Part shown: positions 18,666-26,374 of the stretch, piece by piece
Position numbering within the stretch: the first letter of the stretch is position 1
How the letters are laid out: every line of letters starts with the position of its first letter
Source: Rhodanobacteraceae bacterium
GTDB lineage: Bacteria; Pseudomonadota; Gammaproteobacteria; Xanthomonadales; SZUA-5
Length of the DNA: 62,643 bases
Assembly (NCBI GenBank): GCA_043754435.1
Contig: JAYUUS010000020.1
Coordinates: 1 to 62,643 of the forward strand
Direction of reading: 5' to 3'
Program-made: the position numbers and the translations under genes
Notes under the pieces: model-generated
Seen by the model: only the letters and a program-made list of their open reading frames with translations
Databases searched by the model: none
What the model was told of the DNA's origin: nothing

Positions 18666-18720
18666 ATGTCCCGCCCGGAACGCTCAACAGCGTTCTGAAG
18701 CAGGCCAGTCTTAAGGAGTA
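18661..18720 (+). pseudogene. 3'-terminal remnant of a hicA toxin gene (19 codons)
   Basis: The frame reads VDVPPGTLNSVLKQASLKE-stop, which matches the conserved HicA C-terminus (..PxGTLxxILKQAGL). An in-frame stop lies immediately upstream at 18658-18660, and hicB follows after 6 bp. Confidence 0.5.
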
Positions 18721-18726
18721 ATTTAT

Positions 18727-18939
18727 ATGCGTTACATGGTCGTTTTAGAGCAAGGCCCAACAAGCTATGGGGCGTATGTCCCTGATCTTCCAGGTTGTAT
18801 TGCAGTCGGCGAGTCTCAACAAGAGGTGCTGGAGCTAATTCAAGAGGCTATCGAGATCCATCTTGAGGGTCTAAAGGAGGAAGGGCAGCGCATTCCCGCT
18901 CCGCATTCTTCAAGCGCATTCGTCGAGGTTTATGCCTAA
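18727..18939 (+). CDS. hicB: HicB-family antitoxin
   Basis: 70 aa. MRYMVVLEQGPTSYGAYVPDLPGCIAVGESQQEVLELIQEAIEIHLEGL is the HicB N-terminal fold signature. Confidence 0.75.
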   Translation: MRYMVVLEQGPTSYGAYVPDLPGCIAVGESQQEVLELIQEAIEIHLEGLKEEGQRIPAPHSSSAFVEVYA

Positions 18940-18973
18940 CATAGGCACACAGTCGGTACCTTAGCTTGTTCGG

Positions 18974-19516
18974 TTAAACCACAATCCCCGCCCAACGCTT
19001 CTTCCACGCTTGCGGGCGAAATTCTGGAATAGCGAGCGCGGTAATTTGGCGGGTATCGTCACGCCAGAAGGATCGAAACTCGCCTTTCAAACCGGTTTTG
19101 TAAAAATGCGAGAGATATGACCAATCGCAGTGGAAATAGTCGCTAAGCCATTGGTCGAAATTCGCCACGCCCGCCTCGTGAAACAGCGCCAATGAATAGC
19201 GCGCCGCCGCTAATTCGTATTCGTACAGCTCCAGCATGCGCTCGCGGCTTAGATTTGGATCGGGCGTTTGGTTGCCAATGGTGCGGCCCTGTTCGCTCAA
19301 ATTCCACTGCACCGTGTGCCCAAATAAATGCGCAATAATAAACAGCGCATCTTCGGCTGAATTGTCATAGTCGACTTTGATTTCAGCGCCGTCCAAGTCA
19401 CCGCTAAACGGGTCGCTAACATCCGCAATCACCACTGGAACGGCATATTTGGCTTCAATATGGCGCTCAATTTGATTGAACGCAGTGCGAAATTCAACCT
19501 CGCTATGTTTCGCCAC
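18974..19516 (-). CDS. Hypothetical protein downstream of minE
   Basis: 180-aa ORF 2 bp after the minE stop. It contains AHLFGH, an HxxxH that is not a canonical HExxH. Confidence 0.45.
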   Translation of the reverse strand: MAKHSEVEFRTAFNQIERHIEAKYAVPVVIADVSDPFSGDLDGAEIKVDYDNSAEDALFIIAHLFGHTVQWNLSEQGRTIGNQTPDPNLSRERMLELYEYELAAARYSLALFHEAGVANFDQWLSDYFHCDWSYLSHFYKTGLKGEFRSFWRDDTRQITALAIPEFRPQAWKKRWAGIVV

Positions 19517-19518
19517 GG

Positions 19519-19773
19519 CTAGGTCTTGTCGGGCAAGGTCACGGAAAGCTCGAAAATGTCTTGATTACCATCGGTTTGCATTTTTACAGTCACTGCGTCG
19601 CTATCGACGTTGACGTATTTGCGAATCACTTCAAGCAGTTCTTTGCGCAAAACCGGCAGATAATCGGGTGCACCGCGGTTTGAACGCGCTTGCGATACCA
19701 AAATCGTCAGGCGTTCGCGCGCTAAATTCGCGGTGCCGACGGGCCGGGCTTTAAAAAAATCAAATAGGCTCAT
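19519..19773 (-). CDS. minE: Cell division topological specificity factor MinE
   Basis: 84 aa. MSLFDFFKARP...ARERLTILVSQ is the MinE N-terminal motif, and the gene follows minD. Confidence 0.9.
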   Translation of the reverse strand: MSLFDFFKARPVGTANLARERLTILVSQARSNRGAPDYLPVLRKELLEVIRKYVNVDSDAVTVKMQTDGNQDIFELSVTLPDKT

Positions 19774-19776
19774 TGC

Positions 19777-20586
19777 TTAGCCTCCAAAAATACGCTGTAG
19801 AAAGCCTTTCTTCTTGGGCTCCAGAAAACGATACGGACGCGTTTCACCTAAAATTCGGCGCACCGCATCATCGTAAGCCATACCTGCTTCAGAGGCTTCT
19901 TCTAAAATGACCGGCGTACCTGCGTTCGATGCCTGCAGTACATCCGGGGATTCTGGAATCACGCCAATCACTTTCAACCCGAGAATATCCTCGACGTCTT
20001 TCACACTGAGCATTTCCCCACGCTCAACCCGATCTGGCGCGTAGCGTGTGAGCAGCAAGTGCTCAGCGATTTTTCCCTGGCCTAACTCTGCGCGTCGGCT
20101 TTTGCTCGCCATCAAGCCTAACACGCGGTCTGAATCCCGTACGCTCGATACTTCAGGGTTGACCACGACCACCGCGCGGTCGGCAAAATACATTGCCATG
20201 TGTGCACCGTGTTCAATGCCAGCAGGTGAATCACACAGCACAATGTCAAAACTCGCTTTCAGATCGTTCAATACCCGCTCAACCCCTGCGACGGTCAGCG
20301 CGTCTTTATCGCGGGTTTGACTGGCCGCCAAAATGGCTAAGTTATCAAAACGTTTGTCCTTGATAAGCGCTTGCTTAAGCGTGCAATCGCCATTGATGAC
20401 GTTGACAAAGTCGTACACCACGCGGCGTTCGCAGCCCATGATTAAATCTAAATTACGCAGGCCAATGTCAAAATCGACGACCGCGACGCGTTTGCCTAAA
20501 CGCGCGAAGCCGCAGGCAATCGACGCACTCGTGGTGGTTTTACCCACGCCGCCTTTGCCAGACGTGACTACAATAATTTCCGCCAA
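19777..20586 (-). CDS. minD: Septum site-determining ATPase MinD
   Basis: (L)AEIIVVTSGKGGVGKTT deviant Walker A. A TTG start at 20586 with GGAG 7 nt upstream gives 269 aa, close to the usual MinD length. The track ORF extends to 20634. Confidence 0.9.
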   Translation of the reverse strand: MAEIIVVTSGKGGVGKTTTSASIACGFARLGKRVAVVDFDIGLRNLDLIMGCERRVVYDFVNVINGDCTLKQALIKDKRFDNLAILAASQTRDKDALTVAGVERVLNDLKASFDIVLCDSPAGIEHGAHMAMYFADRAVVVVNPEVSSVRDSDRVLGLMASKSRRAELGQGKIAEHLLLTRYAPDRVERGEMLSVKDVEDILGLKVIGVIPESPDVLQASNAGTPVILEEASEAGMAYDDAVRRILGETRPYRFLEPKKKGFLQRIFGG

Positions 20587-20643
20587 GTTGTTCTCCAAAT
20601 GTCGTAGTTTCAGCGAACGCATCCAGGCGCACATCCGATTGGC

Positions 20644-20733
20644 GTGGCAAAACAGTTGAGTGAAAGTGTTTTTGCTTTGACAAAATAGTTAAATCAAGGT
20701 GTTTTCGCCTTGGCAAAACAGTTAAATCAAACG
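20644..20733. repeat. Three degenerate tandem units of about 33 bp in the minC-minD spacer
   Basis: The units are gtggcaaaacagttgagtgaaagtgttttt, ttgacaaaatagttaaatcaaggtgttttc and ttggcaaaacagttaaatcaaacg. Confidence 0.8.
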
Positions 20734-20773
20734 CCGCCAAGTTGTTTAGCACATTCGCTGAATGGGTAAATGA

Positions 20774-21661
20774 TTAATTAAGTATATCAAAGTGTAGTTT
20801 GTCGCCATCGAGACAAATTTGCACGGATTTACCCCTTAAATCTGTTGGAATCGCTTCAAAAACGCGAAATACGCCCGCGATCGACACCAGTTCAGCGGCA
20901 AAAGCTAAACAATAAATCCGCGCACTGCGATCGCCCGAGGCACCGGCAATCACTTTTCCCATTAGTCGACCGTAGATATGGATGCTGCCATCCGCAATGA
21001 CCTCACTGCTGGCCCCAGCTGTGCCAGTGACGATCAGGTCACGACCTTTGGCATAGAGCTGTTGACCAGAACGCACCTGACCTTCATAGCGCTGTACTGC
21101 TAGAACGAGTGGTGCGGCTGGCTCAACGCGGGCGCTCTCAATGCGGGCGCTTGGCATCGGCAGCTGCACGGCTTCCAGACGTGGTTGAACGGCCAATGCA
21201 GCGGGAACGGCAGCCAACTCAACTGGAGGCACTTTAGCAGCGATCGGTTCCGGAACGGCTATTGTCGCCTTCAGTGTAGGCGCATTTTTGCGCTGCGCAT
21301 CGCTGGCTTCCACACTCTCAGGTTTACCCTTTCCAGAACGCTTTAAAGGCGCTAACACTCCTAAACGCAAACCTTTGGCGATGGCTGCATGGGTCGAATC
21401 TGGCTCGGCAACAAGGGCGATGGGCTGCATGCCCGCGTAGCGCAAGCGTGTCACGATATCTTCAACAAACTCCGTATCCGCAGCCCTGCCGCAGGCGCTG
21501 AAATCCAGCGCCACCGGGGCGCCCTCCAATAACTCTGGTGCCGCAGAAACCTGATCGGCGACAAAATTTTGAATTGCGTTCGCATCCGTTTGATAAATCG
21601 CCAAACGCATTAGCGAGAATTGCGCGCTTTTAAGCTCACAAGCGCCTTTGGTCATAGTCAT
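20774..21661 (-). CDS. minC: Septum site-determining protein MinC (long Ala/Pro-rich linker)
   Basis: The C-terminal beta-helix RSGQQLYAKGRDLIVTGTAGASSEVIADGSIHIYGRLMGKVIAG is MinC-like. The 295-aa protein has an extended A/P/V-rich linker. Confidence 0.85.
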   Translation of the reverse strand: MTMTKGACELKSAQFSLMRLAIYQTDANAIQNFVADQVSAAPELLEGAPVALDFSACGRAADTEFVEDIVTRLRYAGMQPIALVAEPDSTHAAIAKGLRLGVLAPLKRSGKGKPESVEASDAQRKNAPTLKATIAVPEPIAAKVPPVELAAVPAALAVQPRLEAVQLPMPSARIESARVEPAAPLVLAVQRYEGQVRSGQQLYAKGRDLIVTGTAGASSEVIADGSIHIYGRLMGKVIAGASGDRSARIYCLAFAAELVSIAGVFRVFEAIPTDLRGKSVQICLDGDKLHFDILN

Positions 21662-21665
21662 CGGT

Positions 21666-22283
21666 TCAAGCCGACAGCTTTAGTTCGGGCCGCATGTTTA
21701 ACCGATCCTGCCATGCCCATGCCGGCAAAACTGCCTCCGGCCTGGATAGGTAAGAGTCGCGTACAAAAGTGTAAGGGTCGAGAGATTTGCACATCAGGCT
21801 AACGCGTCGGCCATTCGGCAATGTTTGTTGCCCCGCTTCGACAAAACCTTGGGTTTTGAAAAACAGCAGCGAGACTTCATCGCGGGGTTGAATGAAAACC
21901 TCGGTGACCAAAATAGGTTGGCGAACTTCGGCAAAACTCAAAATATCGGCGTAAAAAAGCCGCCCGATGCCGCTGCGCCGATGATCCTGCGTCATCACCA
22001 CGCGATCAATATAGACGAATTCCGGGTAGTGCGCCTTAAACCAGGTAAAATTCGGGCTGTCGTAGTCCGCATCAGGCGTCAAGGCAATTAAAAACCCGGC
22101 CACTTGGTCGTTAATCTCGGCGACGCGAAAGTAACGTGCAATATCCAAAAACCGGGCCATGCGTGCCCGATCAATCGGTAAAATGCTTTCGCCAGCGCTG
22201 TTGTTGATGGCTAAAATGGTATCAAGATCTGCGATGTTCACGTCCCGCAGGCAAATAGACAAGTCGGAAATCTTTGAAATCAT
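21666..22283 (-). CDS. GNAT-family N-acetyltransferase
   Basis: IDRVVMTQDHRRSGIGRLFYADI is an acetyl-CoA binding motif A-like segment. The start is set to the internal ATG (MISKISDL..) at 22283. Confidence 0.6.
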   Translation of the reverse strand: MISKISDLSICLRDVNIADLDTILAINNSAGESILPIDRARMARFLDIARYFRVAEINDQVAGFLIALTPDADYDSPNFTWFKAHYPEFVYIDRVVMTQDHRRSGIGRLFYADILSFAEVRQPILVTEVFIQPRDEVSLLFFKTQGFVEAGQQTLPNGRRVSLMCKSLDPYTFVRDSYLSRPEAVLPAWAWQDRLNMRPELKLSA

Positions 22284-22551
22284 AGGGTTACAGCCGCCAT
22301 AGTAATTCCTTGATTTGAATGTTTTGCTGGAGCAAAACACGTTAATGCTCAGGTGAGGTACGGTAAAAGCGCTGGTTATGCACGTCAAGCCATTATGCCC
22401 AGCGATTGAGCGCACGCCAAGGGAAAAGTTCGGGTGAGTGGGCTGTCAGTCTTTACTCAAACATTGAAATTAACTTGGCTAGTCAGAATTTTTGAAGAAA
22501 CTTCGCTTCTGCTGCACAATTCATTCCGCCGTTACGCATGACCTATGACGC

Positions 22552-23769
22552 ATGCAAATGCACGCTATAATCTGCGACCCTGAGTATCTGATGGCGCCAC
22601 GAACCTACTCGCACGCACAATTACTGCTCTATGCCGGCCTGTTTACACACGGCTGCGTCGGGCTGTTGCTGTTTGTTCTAGGCGGCAGCGACGGCCCCAT
22701 GCAGATAGCGCTTGCCGCGCGCATCTTGCTTTGGCTTTGCTATTTTGCATTTGGCATCGCGTATTTTGTCTTGCTTTCGGAGCGTAGCGCCAATGCCAAG
22801 CTTACCAACATTATGTTGCTTTTGATTTGCAGCGCGATGTTGACGTTTGCTTACGTGATCGCGAATGGCTTGGCGGCGGTATTGCTGATGGTTTCGGCGG
22901 CCGCCATTGCTTACGCCTTGCCATTGCGCCCGGCGCTGGTTTGGATGATCGGGCAAAACCTAGCGTTTTTGCCTATTTTGGCAGCGCAGGGAAAATTGCC
23001 GCTCATTGAAGTAGTGCTCACGGTTGCGATGTATTTGGGCGTGTCCAGTTTCGTGTTTATGACCGCGTGGATCGGCAAGCGGCAAATGCAGGCACGCGAA
23101 CAGCTGCGTTTAGTCAATATGGAGCTGCGCGCCGCGCAAGCAATGCTCTCCGATACTGAACGCACCGCTGAGCGTTTGCGCATCTCGCGTGAGCTGCACG
23201 ATTTGGTGGGTCATCACTTAACGGCGCTCGCACTCAACTTAGAGGTCGCCACGCATTTGACCGAAGGCAAAGCGCTGACACACGTACAGCAAGCGCAGAG
23301 TATCTCCAAACTCTTGTTGAGCGATGTGCGCGAAGTGGTGAGCACGCTGCGTGAAGGCGACCCGATGCAGCTTGACCGCACGCTTAAAGCGATGATCGCT
23401 GACGTGCCTATGCCAAAAGTGCACTTGAATTTACCGCACCCGTTTATCTTAAGCGATGCACCGCGCGCGCACGCGCTGCTGCGCTTAGCGCAAGAAGTGC
23501 TGACCAATGCGATAAAACATTCGGGCGCACGCAACTTGTGGCTCACTTTTGCGCTGCGTGACGCAGGCGTCGAGGTTAGCGCGCATGATGACGGGCATGG
23601 CACGGATCAATTAAAAGATGGCAATGGCCTTGCTGGCATGCGCGAGCGTTTGGCGGCATTTGGCGGCACAATTGTGTGTGAAAGCGCGGTTGGAAGAGGC
23701 TTTAATGTTGCGGCATTTCTACCGCTGCGAACGCATGTGGCGCTCATAAATGGAACTGGAGAACGATAA
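22552..23769 (+). CDS. Sensor histidine kinase, HisKA_3 (DesK/LiaS/NarX-like) with polytopic N-terminal membrane domain
   Basis: Several N-terminal TM helices, H-box RISRELHDLVGHHLTAL, and an ATPase domain with NAIKHSGA and GNGLAGMRERL. Confidence 0.85.
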   Translation: MQMHAIICDPEYLMAPRTYSHAQLLLYAGLFTHGCVGLLLFVLGGSDGPMQIALAARILLWLCYFAFGIAYFVLLSERSANAKLTNIMLLLICSAMLTFAYVIANGLAAVLLMVSAAAIAYALPLRPALVWMIGQNLAFLPILAAQGKLPLIEVVLTVAMYLGVSSFVFMTAWIGKRQMQAREQLRLVNMELRAAQAMLSDTERTAERLRISRELHDLVGHHLTALALNLEVATHLTEGKALTHVQQAQSISKLLLSDVREVVSTLREGDPMQLDRTLKAMIADVPMPKVHLNLPHPFILSDAPRAHALLRLAQEVLTNAIKHSGARNLWLTFALRDAGVEVSAHDDGHGTDQLKDGNGLAGMRERLAAFGGTIVCESAVGRGFNVAAFLPLRTHVALINGTGER

Positions 23770-24461
23770 TGACAACGCAATTTAAGCCAACGCTCGCACA
23801 CGGCGCGGATGGTGCAGCGCGCATTCGCGTGTGTTTAGTGGATGACCAAATGCTCGTGCGTGCAGGAATTCGCAGCTTGCTAGAGCTTTCAGATTCGGTA
23901 GAAGTCGTCGCGGAAGCGGTCGATGCCGACAGTGCCATCGCCATTATTCCCCAAATTAAACCCGATGTTGTTTTGCTGGACATGCAAATGCCGGGCAAGC
24001 TTGGGCTGGAAGTATTGCGCGAACTGGGGCCCAAAGGACTCTTGCCGCCAACCGTAATTTTAACGACGTTCGACGACGATCAGTATGTTTTGGCCGGCCT
24101 TCAGGCGGGCGCGCGCGGCTATTTACTGAAAGATGTATCGTTAGATCAGCTGGTCGATGCGATTAAAGCCGTTGCGGCAGGCGGCACGTTAGTCAAGCCC
24201 GCAATTACCCAACGATTGCTTTCAGGTTTGAGCCATTTGGAAAACAAATTTGCGGCACTCGATGTGCCGGATCACTTGACCGAGCGTGAAACCGAGATTT
24301 TGCGACTCATGAGCGCAGGTTACAGTAACAAAGAAATTGCGCGTGCTTTGGATGTGGCGGAAGGCACCGTCAAAAATCATGTGTCTAACATTCTTTCTAA
24401 GCTTGGCGTGCGTGATCGCACACGCGCGGTGTTAAAGGCGTTTGAGTTGAAATTAGTGTAG
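23769..24461 (+). CDS. NarL/LuxR-family response regulator
   Basis: Receiver domain (VCLVDDQ...VVLLDMQMPG) plus LuxR HTH (LTERETEILRLMSAGYSNKEIARAL..TVKNHVSNILSKLGV). The start overlaps the kinase stop. Confidence 0.9.
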   Translation: MTTQFKPTLAHGADGAARIRVCLVDDQMLVRAGIRSLLELSDSVEVVAEAVDADSAIAIIPQIKPDVVLLDMQMPGKLGLEVLRELGPKGLLPPTVILTTFDDDQYVLAGLQAGARGYLLKDVSLDQLVDAIKAVAAGGTLVKPAITQRLLSGLSHLENKFAALDVPDHLTERETEILRLMSAGYSNKEIARALDVAEGTVKNHVSNILSKLGVRDRTRAVLKAFELKLV

Positions 24462-24475
24462 TGCGTTAATATCGC

Positions 24476-24504
24476 TTGAGCTTCCGGCAATTGAATTCTA
24501 TAAT
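24476..24504 (+). promoter_or_regulatory. Candidate sigma70 promoter for the lasso-like operon
   Basis: TTGAGC (24476-24481), a 17-nt spacer, then TATAAT (24499-24504). This lies 34 nt upstream of the precursor ATG, and AAGG sits 9 nt before that ATG. Confidence 0.4.
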
Positions 24505-24537
24505 CGCGATCAAGTTTACCCTTTAAGGCACACGCAG

Positions 24538-24699
24538 ATGAGCAAAATACAACCGAACACAACTGTTGAATCACAGGTTGTCGTGCGCGAGGTCTATCAA
24601 GTGCCCGCATTAACTCTTTTGGGCGACGTGCGGGATTTGACGCTCGGTGGTTCGCCCGGCTCGGGTGACTCGGGCAACCCAGCTGCTGAGCGCTTCTAA
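24538..24699 (+). CDS. Lasso-peptide-type RiPP precursor (53 aa, absent from the ORF track)
   Basis: My translation is MSKIQPNTTVESQVVVREVYQVPALTLLGDVRDLTL-GGSPGSGDSGNPAAERF. With cleavage after TL the leader has Tyr-17, Pro-14, Leu-12 and Thr-2. The core starts with Gly1 and has Asp8. The ORF sits directly upstream of B2 and B1 homologues. Confidence 0.75.
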   Translation: MSKIQPNTTVESQVVVREVYQVPALTLLGDVRDLTLGGSPGSGDSGNPAAERF

Positions 24700-24706
24700 A
24701 CGCTGA

Positions 24707-25633
24707 ATGGTCGATTTGCGACTCACTGTCGCCGGACATACCGAATGCTATAGCGGAACCCTTGCAGGCCAGCGAACCCTAAGTTCACTGGCCTGCTCGC
24801 ATTTGGAGACGAATGAAAATGCCGAGCTGATGCTGCATGATCCTGGCGATCAGCGGCACGGTAGCGATGAGTTCGAGAATTTTTCAGAACACGATGCCAG
24901 CAAGAGCGTGGAAATCCACGCTGAACTTGAAGCGAACCCGGTCACACTACGTGCAATCCATACTTTGCAGCGCAGTTATTTTACCGGCCCAGATGCTTCG
25001 TTTTGGGTAGACACTAACGGCAGCTGTGCGGCCTTAACACATTGTGCGCACAATCCAGTGCCTTGGCTATTTGGCCCGGTACTGATTTTAGCTTTGGCGC
25101 GTTTAGGCGTGTACTGTTTGCATGCCAGTGCTGCCTTGACAGCCAAGGGTGACGCAGCCACTGTTTTTGTAGGACATAGTGGCGCCGGTAAATCGAGTTT
25201 GGCGCGCGCGATATCTAAGCGGGTCGGCGCGCAGCGCTTGTGTGATGACATCACGCCAATTGCACTGCGCGCGGGCAAGCTGTACGTGCTGCCCCGCTTT
25301 CCACAATTAAAACTGAGCGCGGTGGATCAAAATTTGCCGGAGCAGGTGCCATTAAAACGCTTAGTCTTGTTAAATGCAGCGCAGACATGGCTTGCAAGCG
25401 AGCATCAAGCTTTAACGCAGCGCGAGTTGTTTGAAGCGTTGACACGTCACACGGTGGCTACCCGGCTTTACTCAGCTACAGATACGCGTATTTGGTGGCA
25501 AGTATTGCCGCAGATCATGGCGGCACTGAGCGATTCTTGCTCAATTCGGCCGGGTTTCGATGCACAAGCGCCCGAACGCGCTATGCTTGCCGCGCTTGAC
25601 GCTTTGGATGCCTTGGATAGTTTATGTGGTTGA
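24707..25633 (+). CDS. HPr-kinase-related (HprK-like) P-loop kinase
   Basis: 308 aa. LHASAALTAKGDAATVFVGHSGAGKSSLA resembles the HprK C-terminal domain P-loop. It starts 7 bp after the precursor stop and overlaps B2 by 10 bp. Confidence 0.65.
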   Translation: MVDLRLTVAGHTECYSGTLAGQRTLSSLACSHLETNENAELMLHDPGDQRHGSDEFENFSEHDASKSVEIHAELEANPVTLRAIHTLQRSYFTGPDASFWVDTNGSCAALTHCAHNPVPWLFGPVLILALARLGVYCLHASAALTAKGDAATVFVGHSGAGKSSLARAISKRVGAQRLCDDITPIALRAGKLYVLPRFPQLKLSAVDQNLPEQVPLKRLVLLNAAQTWLASEHQALTQRELFEALTRHTVATRLYSATDTRIWWQVLPQIMAALSDSCSIRPGFDAQAPERAMLAALDALDALDSLCG

Positions 25634-26067
25634 ATTTACCTTCACTGCTTTTGCTTGACCTGCGGGTACGCGGGCAACTGCGCCGGTTTGGATTCGCAGC
25701 TGCATTGACTGCGTTTTCCCAACCTAAGGCGAAGCCCAGCCAGAAGTTTGCGCCTGGGCCTGCGGAGCTTGCGTTCGCACAGTCCGCAGCGCTATGGCTG
25801 CGCCGTTTCGCAAATTTACCTAAACGGCTGCCGCGCTTTGGACGCTGGGTGAATCAAGTGCTCGGGCCAAGCGCCTGCTTGGATCAAGCGATCGCGTTGC
25901 GGGCGTTTTTGCATGCTAGAGGTCTGCCCGCTGAGCTAAAAATTGGGACACGGCGCGTAGCCGATCAAGGTTTTGCAGCGCATGCTTGGGTCGAGTTGGC
26001 GGGCATTGCGCTGGGTGAGTCGCTTGATATGAAGGCGCAACACATACAGTTTGAAGGCAAGCTGTGA
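25624..26067 (+). CDS. Lasso peptide biosynthesis B2 protein (transglutaminase-like Cys protease)
   Basis: 147 aa. SACLDQAIALRAFLHARGLPAELKIGTRR....FAAHAWVELAG matches the B2 Cys...His signature. Confidence 0.8.
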   Translation: MWLNLPSLLLLDLRVRGQLRRFGFAAALTAFSQPKAKPSQKFAPGPAELAFAQSAALWLRRFANLPKRLPRFGRWVNQVLGPSACLDQAIALRAFLHARGLPAELKIGTRRVADQGFAAHAWVELAGIALGESLDMKAQHIQFEGKL

Positions 26068-26324
26068 GCTACTGTTTAGCCGAGGGTGTGCTGACCCAAA
26101 AACTTGGGTCCCAAGTGGTGTTGATGCATGTCCTAAAAGGTCAATACTTTGAACTCAACGATACCGGTGCGATGGTGCTGGAGGCGATTTTGGCGGGTGC
26201 CGACGAAATTGCAACGACGGCCCAACTCAGTCAACGGTTCGATGTGGATCAGATCAGCACGCAAGCGGATGTCTTGGCGTTGATAAAAAATTTAATAGAC
26301 AGAGAGCTGCTGTCGTTGAAGTGA
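26064..26324 (+). CDS. PqqD-family RRE chaperone (lasso B1)
   Basis: 86 aa. ..VVLMHVLKGQYFELNDTGAMVLEAI..LSQRFDVD...DVLALIKNLIDRELL is PqqD-like. It overlaps B2 by 4 bp. Confidence 0.8.
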   Translation: MSYCLAEGVLTQKLGSQVVLMHVLKGQYFELNDTGAMVLEAILAGADEIATTAQLSQRFDVDQISTQADVLALIKNLIDRELLSLK

Positions 26325-26374
26325 AAGTGCCTGTCAAGTCGGATGAAAAATCCAGTGAAGTAACGGCGCGGCCA

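Noticed and set aside
24707-25633. Whether the 308-aa protein after the precursor could be the missing lasso cyclase
   Set aside because: It is half the usual cyclase size. It has a GxSGxGKS P-loop after an ..LHASA.. segment, like HprK-type kinases. I see no asparagine-synthetase PP-loop (SGGxDS) signature.
26321-26374. An Nth start at 26321 overlapping the B1 stop, which would couple nth to the lasso operon
   Set aside because: The track start is a non-ATG codon, and the 18 extra residues have no counterpart in endonuclease III. The ATG at 26375 gives the canonical N-terminus.
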